64,000 bases of DNA from Chloroflexota bacterium (GTDB lineage Bacteria; Chloroflexota; Dehalococcoidia; Lucifugimonadales; Lucifugimonadaceae). Location of the stretch: contig PBHC01000005.1 of NCBI GenBank assembly GCA_002719295.1, forward strand, positions 81,597 through 145,596, read 5' to 3'. The notes beneath the pieces were generated by a model. The model saw only the letters and a list, made by a program, of their open reading frames with translations. It was not told the DNA's origin and made no database searches. A program made the position numbers and the translations under genes. This document shows positions 18,496-27,749 of this stretch, piece after piece; within the stretch, counting starts at the first letter, position 1; every line of letters starts with the position of its first letter.

Positions 18496-19583
18496 AAAAA
18501 ATAAATTTAGTTTTACAAGATGGAAGTTTGTATGAAGGTTTTTCTTTTGGTCATCACGGTGATGTCACTGGAGAAGTAGTCTTCAATACATCTATGACAG
18601 GTTATCAGGAAATGTTAACAGATCCCTCATACAGAGGGCAAATTTTAATTCCTACATATCCTATGATTGGAAATTATGGAGTAAGTTATTCTGATGTTGA
18701 ATCTAATGAAATACAAGTTTCAGGATTTGCAGTTAGGCAATTTTGCGAAACTCCATCACATAATAATTCAATAATGAATATAGATGAATATTTGAAAAAA
18801 AATAAAATTCCAGGGATTTATGGATTAGATACAAGATCAATAGTAAAAAAAATCCGAAATTATGGAGTGATGATGGGTTCAATTACTTTAGATGAAAATG
18901 TAGATTTAGTATTAAAAAAACTAAATTCTATTGGATCATATGATGAATATAATTTTGTTTCAGAAGTTTCCAGTATTAAAAAAACTATTAGAAAGTCAGA
19001 TGATAAAAAATTTAATATCGCTGTTTTAGATTTAGGTGTCAAAAATAATATTATAAGATTGTTGGAATCTAGATCTTGCAAAGTTACCGTATATCCATTT
19101 AATACTGAACCAACCGAAATTATTAGTTCAAAACCTGACGGAATAGTTTTGTCTCCTGGTCCCGGAGATCCAAATAATTTAGTTGATATTTTAGAAAATG
19201 TTAAAAATTTAATTTCCTCTAAAATCCCTATTTTAGGAATTTGCTTGGGGCATCAATTAATAGCAAAGTCTTTAGGAGCCTCAACATATAAACTACCTTA
19301 TGGACATAGAGGGGGAAACCAACCTGTAAAGGATCTCAAATCTAATAAAGTATATGTTACTGCTCAAAATCATGGTTATGCAGTTTCAAATGAAAATATG
19401 CCATCTGAACTTGAGGTTACTCACCTAAATTTGAATGATAATACTATTTCTGGTTTATGTCATAAAAATTTACCAGTTTTTTCTATTCAATATCATTCTG
19501 AAGCTTCCCCTGGTCCTAAAGATTCAGAATATATTTTTGATGAATTTATCCAAAAAATTATTTCAATGAAAGAGAGTCTATGA
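18492..19583 (+). CDS. carA: Carbamoyl-phosphate synthase small subunit
   Basis: GEVVFNTSMTGYQE, SPGPGDP, GICLGHQ and QYHSEASPGP. Confidence 0.97.
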   Translation: MKKINLVLQDGSLYEGFSFGHHGDVTGEVVFNTSMTGYQEMLTDPSYRGQILIPTYPMIGNYGVSYSDVESNEIQVSGFAVRQFCETPSHNNSIMNIDEYLKKNKIPGIYGLDTRSIVKKIRNYGVMMGSITLDENVDLVLKKLNSIGSYDEYNFVSEVSSIKKTIRKSDDKKFNIAVLDLGVKNNIIRLLESRSCKVTVYPFNTEPTEIISSKPDGIVLSPGPGDPNNLVDILENVKNLISSKIPILGICLGHQLIAKSLGASTYKLPYGHRGGNQPVKDLKSNKVYVTAQNHGYAVSNENMPSELEVTHLNLNDNTISGLCHKNLPVFSIQYHSEASPGPKDSEYIFDEFIQKIISMKESL

Positions 19584-22500
19584 AAAATAAAACAGTATTA
19601 GTTGTAGGTTCAGGTCCAATAATAATTGGCCAAGCAGCAGAGTTTGATTATGCTGGGGCACAAGCATGTAAATCTTTGAGGGAGGATGGATATAGAGTCG
19701 TTTTAATAAACTCTAACCCTGCTACAATAATGACGGATAAAGAGATGGCTGACAGGGTATATATTGAGCCCATAACAACAGAAATTGTTGAACAAATTAT
19801 TTTAAAAGAGAAACCTTTTGGAATTTTAGGAACTTTAGGCGGGCAAACTGGTCTGAATCTTACTTCTGAACTCCATAAAGAAGGCATACTTGAAAAATAT
19901 GATGTTGAAATTTTAGGAACCAGTATTGACTCTATTGAAACTGCAGAGGATAGAGATAAATTTAGAGAATTTTTGATGAAAATAGATCAACCTACTCCTC
20001 CTTCAATTGCAGTTAACGACGTTCAAAATGCTAAAAATGCGGCAAAAAAAATTGGATATCCTGTAGTTATCAGACCTGCATATACACTTGGAGGTACAGG
20101 TGGCGGAATTGCAAAAAATGAAAATGAACTAGAGGAAATTTCTAGCCAAGGAATAAGTCTTTCTAGAGTTGGACAAGTATTAATAGAAAAATCACTTGTT
20201 GGATGGAAAGAAGTTGAGTATGAGGTGATGCGAGATAATATTGGAAACGTTATTACTATTTGTAATATGGAAAATATTGATCCAATGGGAGTACATACAG
20301 GAGATTCTATTGTAGTAGCTCCATCTCAAACCTTAAACGACAAAGAATATCAAATGCTCAGAACAGCTAGCCTAGATATAATATCAAATTTAGATATTAG
20401 AGGTGGATGTAATGTTCAACTAGCTTTGAAGCCTTCAAAAATTGTTAAAGATACTATAGGAAATGATTTTGAAACAGACCCAGATTACTATGTAATTGAA
20501 GTAAACCCTAGAGTATCTAGGTCGTCTGCTTTAGCTTCAAAAGCAACAGGATATCCAATAGCAAGAATTGCATCAAAAATAGCTCTTGGGAAAAATCTTG
20601 ATGAAATCACAAACCCTGTTACAGGTAAAACATTTTCAGTATTTGAACCTGCTCTTGATTATTGTGTCGTAAAAATTCCTAGGTGGCCATTTGATAAATT
20701 TCCAGATGCAGACAGAAGCCTAGGTACGCAAATGAAAGCAACTGGTGAAGTAATGGGCATAGAAAGGACATTTGAAGCCGCTTTATTGAAATCTATAAGA
20801 TCTTTGGAAAACAATAAGCCAGATTTATTAGTTGATCCGGATAACATCAATTCAGATAAACCTATGGATGATAGGCTTTGGGATATTGCTAAAAGAATAA
20901 GAAATGGTTCAAATGCTCTAAATGAGACTAAGAGAACATATATTGACTTTTGGTTCACGAATGCTATCGAAAGAATTATAAATATTGAGAAAAAAATAAT
21001 AGACAGTGAACTTTCTAAAGATTTATTTTCACTGGCAAAAGATTTTGGATTTTCAGATAAATATATTGGAAAATTGAAAAATATTGAAGAGACTAAGATT
21101 AGAGAATTAAGAAAAAGTTTTGGTGTCATTCCCACTTATAAAATGGTAGATACTTGTGCTGCTGAATTTGAAGCATTGACGACATATTTTTATAGTACAT
21201 ATGAAAATGAGAATGAAGCTATACCTTTGGAAGGAAAAAAAGCAATAGTCTTAGGATCTGGGCCTATTCGTATTGGTCAAGGAATTGAATTTGATTATTG
21301 TTCGGTTCATGCATCGATAAGTTTACAGCAAAATGGAATTAAATCGATCCTTATAAACTCTAATCCAGAAACAGTTTCTACAGATTTTGACACATCTTCT
21401 AGGCTTTATTTTGAACCATTAGACTCTGAGAGCGTTATGGATATTATAGAAAATGAATCTATTGCTGGGGAATTGGTAGATTCGTTAGTTCAATTTGGAG
21501 GGCAAACTGCGATAAATATGTCTCAGGACCTTGGCAAATATAAATTTCCAATTAGAGGATCTTCAGCTGATGTAATAAATCTTGCTTCTGAAAGAGGAAG
21601 CTTTGAATCAATATGTAAAAAGTCAGGAGTTTTACAACCAGAAGGTGCAGCAACTATAGACTTAGATAAGGCTATAAGTATAGCTAATAAAGTAGGTTAT
21701 CCCGTAATGGTTAGACCTTCTTATGTACTTGGTGGAAGAGCAATGGAAATAGTCTATAAAGAAAAAGACCTAATAAGATATTTTAAGAGAGCTCAGAATT
21801 TTGTGCCAGGTCAAACTATATTAGTAGATCATTATATAGATGGAATAGAAATAGAAGTTGATGCAATTTGTGATGAAGAAAATATATTGATTCCTGGAAT
21901 TATGCAACATGTTGAAAGGGCAGGGATTCACTCTGGTGATAGCACTGCTGTATATCCTGCATATGATCTTTCAGAAACAGAGAAAAAAAATCTTGTAGAA
22001 GCTACAAGGAAATTGGGTAAATCATTAGGAATTAAGGGTTTAATGAATATACAGTTTATAGTAAAAAGATCCAAGAAATCTTTTTTTGATTCATCAAATA
22101 AAATTTCTCCTGAAGAATCAACATTGTATGTGATTGAGGTGAATCCTAGGTCTAGTAGAACAATTCCGTTTATTTCTAAAGTTACAGGCGTCCCAATGAT
22201 AGACCTAGCAATTAAAGTAATATACGGAGAAAAATTAGATAAATTAGGATTTTCTGAAGGATTAGTGAAGGAAAAAAATCTTTTTGCAGTAAAATCCCCT
22301 GTTTTTTCTATGTCTAAATTATCAGGAGTTGATACTTATTTAGGTCCAGAAATGAAATCTACTGGAGAAGTTATGGGAATTGATAATAATCTCCCAAACG
22401 CAATGAAAAAAGCTATGATTGCATCAGGTCTAGAAGTTGATTCTAAAACAAGCTTTTTATTGTCTATAGCGGATAGGGATAAGAAAGATTCTGTAAATTT

Positions 22501-22834
22501 TATTAAAAAATTAAATAAAAACGGAAATAAGATTTATGCAACAGAAGGAACTTACAATTTCATAAAATCTATGGGATTTGATGTAGAAAAAGTAAATAAA
22601 ATATTGAGCCAATCACCTACAGTAATAGATTTGATTTCCAACGGAAAAGTTGGAGCTGTTCTAAACACTGTAACTGGAGATAGATCTGCAATGCAAGACG
22701 GATATCATATTAGAAGAAAAGCAACTGAGCTTTCTATTCCTTGTTACACATCAATAGACACAGCATATGCCACAGTTATGGAAACACACAATAAAACTAT
22801 GAATGTAAGCACTGTAGATGATTATACTGATTAG
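19580..22834 (+). CDS. carB: Carbamoyl-phosphate synthase large subunit
   Basis: GSGPIIIGQAAEFDY, two ATP-grasp halves (EVNPRVSRSS / EVNPRSSRT) and an MGS domain. Confidence 0.98.
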   Translation: MKNKTVLVVGSGPIIIGQAAEFDYAGAQACKSLREDGYRVVLINSNPATIMTDKEMADRVYIEPITTEIVEQIILKEKPFGILGTLGGQTGLNLTSELHKEGILEKYDVEILGTSIDSIETAEDRDKFREFLMKIDQPTPPSIAVNDVQNAKNAAKKIGYPVVIRPAYTLGGTGGGIAKNENELEEISSQGISLSRVGQVLIEKSLVGWKEVEYEVMRDNIGNVITICNMENIDPMGVHTGDSIVVAPSQTLNDKEYQMLRTASLDIISNLDIRGGCNVQLALKPSKIVKDTIGNDFETDPDYYVIEVNPRVSRSSALASKATGYPIARIASKIALGKNLDEITNPVTGKTFSVFEPALDYCVVKIPRWPFDKFPDADRSLGTQMKATGEVMGIERTFEAALLKSIRSLENNKPDLLVDPDNINSDKPMDDRLWDIAKRIRNGSNALNETKRTYIDFWFTNAIERIINIEKKIIDSELSKDLFSLAKDFGFSDKYIGKLKNIEETKIRELRKSFGVIPTYKMVDTCAAEFEALTTYFYSTYENENEAIPLEGKKAIVLGSGPIRIGQGIEFDYCSVHASISLQQNGIKSILINSNPETVSTDFDTSSRLYFEPLDSESVMDIIENESIAGELVDSLVQFGGQTAINMSQDLGKYKFPIRGSSADVINLASERGSFESICKKSGVLQPEGAATIDLDKAISIANKVGYPVMVRPSYVLGGRAMEIVYKEKDLIRYFKRAQNFVPGQTILVDHYIDGIEIEVDAICDEENILIPGIMQHVERAGIHSGDSTAVYPAYDLSETEKKNLVEATRKLGKSLGIKGLMNIQFIVKRSKKSFFDSSNKISPEESTLYVIEVNPRSSRTIPFISKVTGVPMIDLAIKVIYGEKLDKLGFSEGLVKEKNLFAVKSPVFSMSKLSGVDTYLGPEMKSTGEVMGIDNNLPNAMKKAMIASGLEVDSKTSFLLSIADRDKKDSVNFIKKLNKNGNKIYATEGTYNFIKSMGFDVEKVNKILSQSPTVIDLISNGKVGAVLNTVTGDRSAMQDGYHIRRKATELSIPCYTSIDTAYATVMETHNKTMNVSTVDDYTD

Positions 22835-22838
22835 AAAG

Positions 22839-23663
22839 TTATGCTTTTACTGCTCTAACTGAAAGCCAATTTCTTGGGACAGTAACCAAACTCATTTCAT
22901 CAAATACTTCTCTTAGAGCTTTTTGAAGAGTAGACTTTCCTATTTCTAATGGAACTCCAGGAAGAACACCTTCAATCCAATCCTTGAATTCACTTATATA
23001 GTGAAATCCATCTATTGGGACCTGATATGACTTTGCTTTAATATGCTCAACTTTATAACCAGTATTTTCTAGCAAATCTTGGTAATCTTCAGGAGTTAGC
23101 TGCTCTCTTGAAGAAACCTTGGCTGATTTATCTGGCTTTAAGTCATGATCTTTTTTTAATAATCTGAATGATCTAAACATCCATTTTTTATAAAAATCTA
23201 AAGATTCTTCAGGATGAGAACCGTCATAAAAAGAAGAATTAAACGCTAAAACTCCATTTTGGTTAAGTTTATTCCTTATTTCTGTCAAAAGTTTTTGTTT
23301 GTCAGGAACATAATGAATCGAATTACAATATATCATTGCATCTGCTTTTTCCTTAACTGCTTCTGTAAGGTTTTGAACTTCTGAGTGAATAAACTTTACA
23401 ATAGAATTATTTTCTACTTCTTGAGCTGCTGTAACTAAAGCACTTTTTGAACTGTCTACAGCATAGATTACGGAATCTTTAGCTAATTGTAATTTTTTTA
23501 ATATAAGCTTTGTAATATTTCCTGTGCCACATCCAAGATCTACTATTGATTTTTTGTCATAAACATTTGCTAACTCTATAAATTCAGAGTTTATTGAACC
23601 GTAAAAAGGTAAATTTGCAAATGCATTGAATGCATATTGTTCACTTTCAGATTGATTAGCCAT
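22839..23663 (-). CDS. Class I SAM-dependent methyltransferase
   Basis: VDLGCGTG motif I, YAVDSS, N.IHY and L..NG.L. Confidence 0.88.
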   Translation of the reverse strand: MANQSESEQYAFNAFANLPFYGSINSEFIELANVYDKKSIVDLGCGTGNITKLILKKLQLAKDSVIYAVDSSKSALVTAAQEVENNSIVKFIHSEVQNLTEAVKEKADAMIYCNSIHYVPDKQKLLTEIRNKLNQNGVLAFNSSFYDGSHPEESLDFYKKWMFRSFRLLKKDHDLKPDKSAKVSSREQLTPEDYQDLLENTGYKVEHIKAKSYQVPIDGFHYISEFKDWIEGVLPGVPLEIGKSTLQKALREVFDEMSLVTVPRNWLSVRAVKA

Positions 23664-23758
23664 AATTCAAAATTTCTTTAAACTTGTTAGTATTTTGATA
23701 TTTAATAAATATTTTAACTTAGAATAACAGTATATCGAATAGATTTATATATATAAAA

Positions 23759-24523
23759 ATGCTTAATATTTTTTTTACTAAATTACTTATTATTTCTATG
23801 TTTTTATTAGTTCTATTGATTTTTGCAGGATGCGACGATGATAGAACAAAAATTATTATGGTAGCTGCTTCATTAGAAGAAATAGTAAATAGTGAATACG
23901 TAGATACTGTAGATAAAGATAAATTTTTTATAAATTATGGAGGCTCACTAAGCCTTGCAAGAAGAGTAGAGCAGAACCAAAAAAAAATTGGTGCTGTAAT
24001 ATTTGCATCTGATTATTCTATAGACCTGCTTGTCAAAAAAGGAATTATTGACAAAAAAAATATAAAAACTTTAGTTAATAACTCTTTGGTTTTAGCAACT
24101 AAAAACAAAAATCAATCATATGAAGATTTTATGGATAAAATCAATAAAGGTTATCCTTATAAAATAGTCATTGCTGATGATAAATTAGCACCTGCAGGAA
24201 AATACTCTATACAGATAGTAGATAAACTTTTTTCAGAGGATATAAAGAATAAAAATTTTATTTCTTCAGGAGATGTTTCTTATGTTTCTAATTTATTAAT
24301 GTATAAAGATGATTATTATGGGATTATTTATAAAACAGAAGCTATTAAGAATGATTTGGATATAATCTATGAATTTCCTAATCATCTACATGATGAAATT
24401 GTTTATAAAATAGGGATTTTGAATCATAACAACAATCTATCAATTAATAATTTTATTGATAGACTTACTTCAAAGAATGCATTAATAAAATTGATTGATT
24501 TAGGATTTAAGGTCGAAAAATGA
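23759..24523 (+). CDS. modA: Molybdate ABC transporter substrate-binding lipoprotein (divergent)
   Basis: Lipobox FAGC; AASL, NSLVL, APAGKY, GIIY.T and H..I.Y; heads modBC. Confidence 0.82.
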   Translation: MLNIFFTKLLIISMFLLVLLIFAGCDDDRTKIIMVAASLEEIVNSEYVDTVDKDKFFINYGGSLSLARRVEQNQKKIGAVIFASDYSIDLLVKKGIIDKKNIKTLVNNSLVLATKNKNQSYEDFMDKINKGYPYKIVIADDKLAPAGKYSIQIVDKLFSEDIKNKNFISSGDVSYVSNLLMYKDDYYGIIYKTEAIKNDLDIIYEFPNHLHDEIVYKIGILNHNNNLSINNFIDRLTSKNALIKLIDLGFKVEK

Positions 24524-25143
24524 ATTATTTTGAAATCTTGATTACTACTTTGAAAATTGCTGTTACAGGTACTGCTATTTGCTTCTTTACTTCAATTTTA
24601 ATGATTCTTTTTGTAAAAAAATATGAAAAATTAAAAGGTTTTTTTGATTTTATTACAGCTCTACCTCTTGCTCTTCCTCCTGTTATTTCAGGATATTTTA
24701 TTTTAATTGTTTCAGATGGAAACTTATCATTTGAATGGATAGGAGGTAGCCTCGCATGTGCTGTTATTTCTTTGCCATTAGTATACAGAATGATTTCAGT
24801 GACAATATTAAGTATTGATCAAAAAATTATTAATACAGCAAAAATTCTTGGTTCTGATAACAAAAACACTTTTGCTTTCATTATTTTTCCTATGGTAAAA
24901 ACGGGAATAATATCCGCTATATTTTTAGGGTTTATTAGATCAATAAGTGAATTTGGAGCAACTATGATTATTGCAGGGAATATTTCTGGTAAAACTCAAA
25001 CTTTATCAACTGCAATTTATACTTCAATTCAAAGTGGTGATAAGGAGTCTATATATATTTTGTCTTCACTATCAATATTAATTGCTATAATAACTATTTT
25101 TATTTTCAATTTTATAAATAAAAAAGATGGTGTTGGTCTATGA
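24520..25143 (+). CDS. modB: Molybdate ABC transporter permease
   Basis: LPLALPPV, R...EFGAT..IAGNI.GKTQT. Confidence 0.92.
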   Translation: MNYFEILITTLKIAVTGTAICFFTSILMILFVKKYEKLKGFFDFITALPLALPPVISGYFILIVSDGNLSFEWIGGSLACAVISLPLVYRMISVTILSIDQKIINTAKILGSDNKNTFAFIIFPMVKTGIISAIFLGFIRSISEFGATMIIAGNISGKTQTLSTAIYTSIQSGDKESIYILSSLSILIAIITIFIFNFINKKDGVGL

Positions 25144-26099
25144 ACAATATTGATTTTAATATTATTTCAAATCTGGGTGATTTTAGATTGGAAGCCAAAT
25201 CTGAATTTTCTCAAGGTGTAAATTTTATTTGGGGTAGATCAGGTAATGGAAAATCGACATTATTAAATAATCTTGCAGGTTTTATAACTCCTGATGAAGG
25301 ACAAATAATAATTAATGAAAAAATATATTTTTCTTCAAATGAAAATATTAACGTACCTCCAAATAAAAGGCATATTTCATATGTTCAGCAGGAAGAAAAA
25401 CTCTTCCCAAACTTTAATGTTTTAAAGAATATTGAATTTGGATTCAAATTTTTGAATAACATTCAAAAGAAAATAACACCATCCGAGATCATAGATCTTT
25501 TTGAAATTAGGCACCTTTTAGATTTTTATCCAACACAACTTTCTGGAGGCCAAAAACAAAAAGTAGCTTTGGCTAGAGCTCTAGCAAGAAATGGAAATGT
25601 CTTGATGTTAGATGAACCATTAAATTCAATTGATTTTATTTCAAGTAAAAAAATTTTTGAAATAATTGAAAATCTTTCTAATGAGTTTAAATTGTGTGTA
25701 CTTTATATTACTCATTCTATTGATGAAATCTCTAGAACTAATAAAAATATTCTTTATGTAAATAATGGATATGCTAATGAAAAAAAGACAAAAAGTAGTA
25801 TTTTAGAATTTTGGGAAGATGAAAATTTGTTGAATGACATTGATAATGGAAAATATTTTGAAAATTATTTTTCATCTAAAAGTGTGATGGTTTCAAAAAA
25901 TAAATTTTCGCACAATGATTTGGGATTTTATTTTTCTGGAGAAATAAAAGGAATAATTAAGAATGATAAATCTACTTTGATTAAAATAAAATCAGATAAA
26001 GATTACTTTGTTTCACTAGATAATGAGATTTTTAGTAAACTAGAATTGAATAGAGAGGATAAAGTTTTTTGTTTTGTTTATAAAAACTTAGTTTTATGA
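25140..26099 (+). CDS. modC: Molybdate ABC transporter ATP-binding protein
   Basis: GRSGNGKST Walker A, LSGGQKQ signature, MLDEP and a TOBE-like C-terminus. Confidence 0.9.
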   Translation: MNNIDFNIISNLGDFRLEAKSEFSQGVNFIWGRSGNGKSTLLNNLAGFITPDEGQIIINEKIYFSSNENINVPPNKRHISYVQQEEKLFPNFNVLKNIEFGFKFLNNIQKKITPSEIIDLFEIRHLLDFYPTQLSGGQKQKVALARALARNGNVLMLDEPLNSIDFISSKKIFEIIENLSNEFKLCVLYITHSIDEISRTNKNILYVNNGYANEKKTKSSILEFWEDENLLNDIDNGKYFENYFSSKSVMVSKNKFSHNDLGFYFSGEIKGIIKNDKSTLIKIKSDKDYFVSLDNEIFSKLELNREDKVFCFVYKNLVL

Positions 26100-26911
26100 G
26101 TTCATTTAATAATAATCTAATTGAATCAGTAATTAATAAAAAATCTTTTTTAATTGTTGGTTTGGATCCTAGCCCAGAAAAAATGCCTATCAAAGATGTT
26201 TTTGAATTTAACAAAGAGATTATTGATAGTACTTATGATCTTGTTGTAGGTTATAAACCTCAATTAGCATATTATGAATCAACTGGTTTTGAAGGTCTAG
26301 AAGCTTTATATAAAACGGTAGATTACATTAAGAATTTACCTGAAAAAAAAATTCTAATTGGAGATTGTAAAAGATCTGATATTGATTCTACAAGTGAAGC
26401 TTACGCAAGAGCTATGTTTGGGTTTTGGGATTTTGATGCTGTGACTATTGTACCTTTTTTTGGTTCAGATGGAATCAAGCCTTTTGTAGATTTCAAAGAT
26501 AAGGGAATTTTTATTGTTTGTAAATCAAGTAATAAATCTGGAGGAGAGATTCAAGATTTTTATTCTGAAAAAAACAATATGACTCTTTTTGAAAATATTG
26601 CAAATTTGTCAGATAAGTTAAATGTTAACAATAATGTTTGCTTGGTAATGGGAGCTACTTATCCAAGCGAATTAAAAATAGTGAGAAAAAAACATCCGCA
26701 ATTGCCTTTTTTGATTCCAGGTTTAGGACATCAAAAAGGTGATTTGTCTGAAGTTATTGATAATGCAATAATTAATAATATTCCAAATATTTTAATCAAC
26801 TCTTCTAGAGGAATAATTTATGCATCTGATGATCCAAATAAATTTGCAGAAATGGCAAGAGAAAAGGTTCAACAAATAAATACTCAGATAAATGACCTAT
26901 ATTCATTTTAA
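26096..26911 (+). CDS. pyrF: Orotidine-5'-phosphate decarboxylase (subfamily 2)
   Basis: VGLDP, KPQ.AYYE, DCKRSDI, GATYP, LIPG.G.Q.G and NSSRGI. Confidence 0.94.
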   Translation: MSSFNNNLIESVINKKSFLIVGLDPSPEKMPIKDVFEFNKEIIDSTYDLVVGYKPQLAYYESTGFEGLEALYKTVDYIKNLPEKKILIGDCKRSDIDSTSEAYARAMFGFWDFDAVTIVPFFGSDGIKPFVDFKDKGIFIVCKSSNKSGGEIQDFYSEKNNMTLFENIANLSDKLNVNNNVCLVMGATYPSELKIVRKKHPQLPFLIPGLGHQKGDLSEVIDNAIINNIPNILINSSRGIIYASDDPNKFAEMAREKVQQINTQINDLYSF

Positions 26912-26961
26912 AAAATGCTGAATTTTATTGACCAATATCCAAAAATAATTATTCTATAAAT

Positions 26962-27498
26962 ATGTACGAAATGATAGTAGACAGTCTAAAAATTAACGCA
27001 ATGGGGCAAAGAGTAATGATCCTAAAGCAAAAATCAGGATCTTTGTATCTAGCAATATGGATTGCTGCAGCAGAAGCAGATGCAATTGCAATTAGGATGC
27101 AAAAAGTTGATGTCCCTAGGCCACTTACTCATGATCTTTTTTGCAATGCTATAGAAAAACTTGGAGGACAAATTAACAAAATTATAATTGATAATTTAGA
27201 TTCAGGAACTTTTTTTGCAAAAATTTCTATGTCTATAAATGGTAAAGAAGTAGAATTAGATTCTCGTCCATCTGATGCAATGGTTATTGCACTTAAGCTA
27301 AATATTCCTATTATGTGTGTAGCTAAAGTTATTGAAAAGGCTGGATTTCAAAAGTCCAACATGGATATAGACAAATCACATGATGAAAATGAAACTTCGG
27401 GTGATGATGAAGATTCTTATTCTCCTATGGGAGAAAAAGAAAGAGAGAGATTATCTGTCTTTGAGTCATTTATTGATAGCTTGGATATAGATGAGTAA
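26962..27498 (+). CDS. Bifunctional nuclease family protein (DUF151)
   Basis: IWI...EA.AIA, PRPLTHDL and DSRPSDA. Confidence 0.92.
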   Translation: MYEMIVDSLKINAMGQRVMILKQKSGSLYLAIWIAAAEADAIAIRMQKVDVPRPLTHDLFCNAIEKLGGQINKIIIDNLDSGTFFAKISMSINGKEVELDSRPSDAMVIALKLNIPIMCVAKVIEKAGFQKSNMDIDKSHDENETSGDDEDSYSPMGEKERERLSVFESFIDSLDIDE

Positions 27499-27727
27499 AA
27501 ATAATAATAATGATGAAAATTCTAAGAGTACTATAATTTCTTCATTTTATTTGGCTGGCAAATATTTAGGTATGGGATGGATTATGATAACACCTATAGT
27601 AATTTTTACTTTTGGTGGCAATTTTTTAGATAATCGATTAAATCTTGGCTATTTTATGACCTTAATGGGTTTGATGATTGGACTTTTTGTAGGTATTATT
27701 TGTACGGTTAGAATTTTAAAAAGCTAA
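27491..27727 (+). CDS. AtpZ/AtpI family small membrane protein
   Basis: Two TM segments with GG.FLD motif, directly upstream of atpB. Confidence 0.8.
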   Translation: MSKNNNNDENSKSTIISSFYLAGKYLGMGWIMITPIVIFTFGGNFLDNRLNLGYFMTLMGLMIGLFVGIICTVRILKS

Positions 27728-27749
27728 AAATAAGGAAAATTTAATTTAG

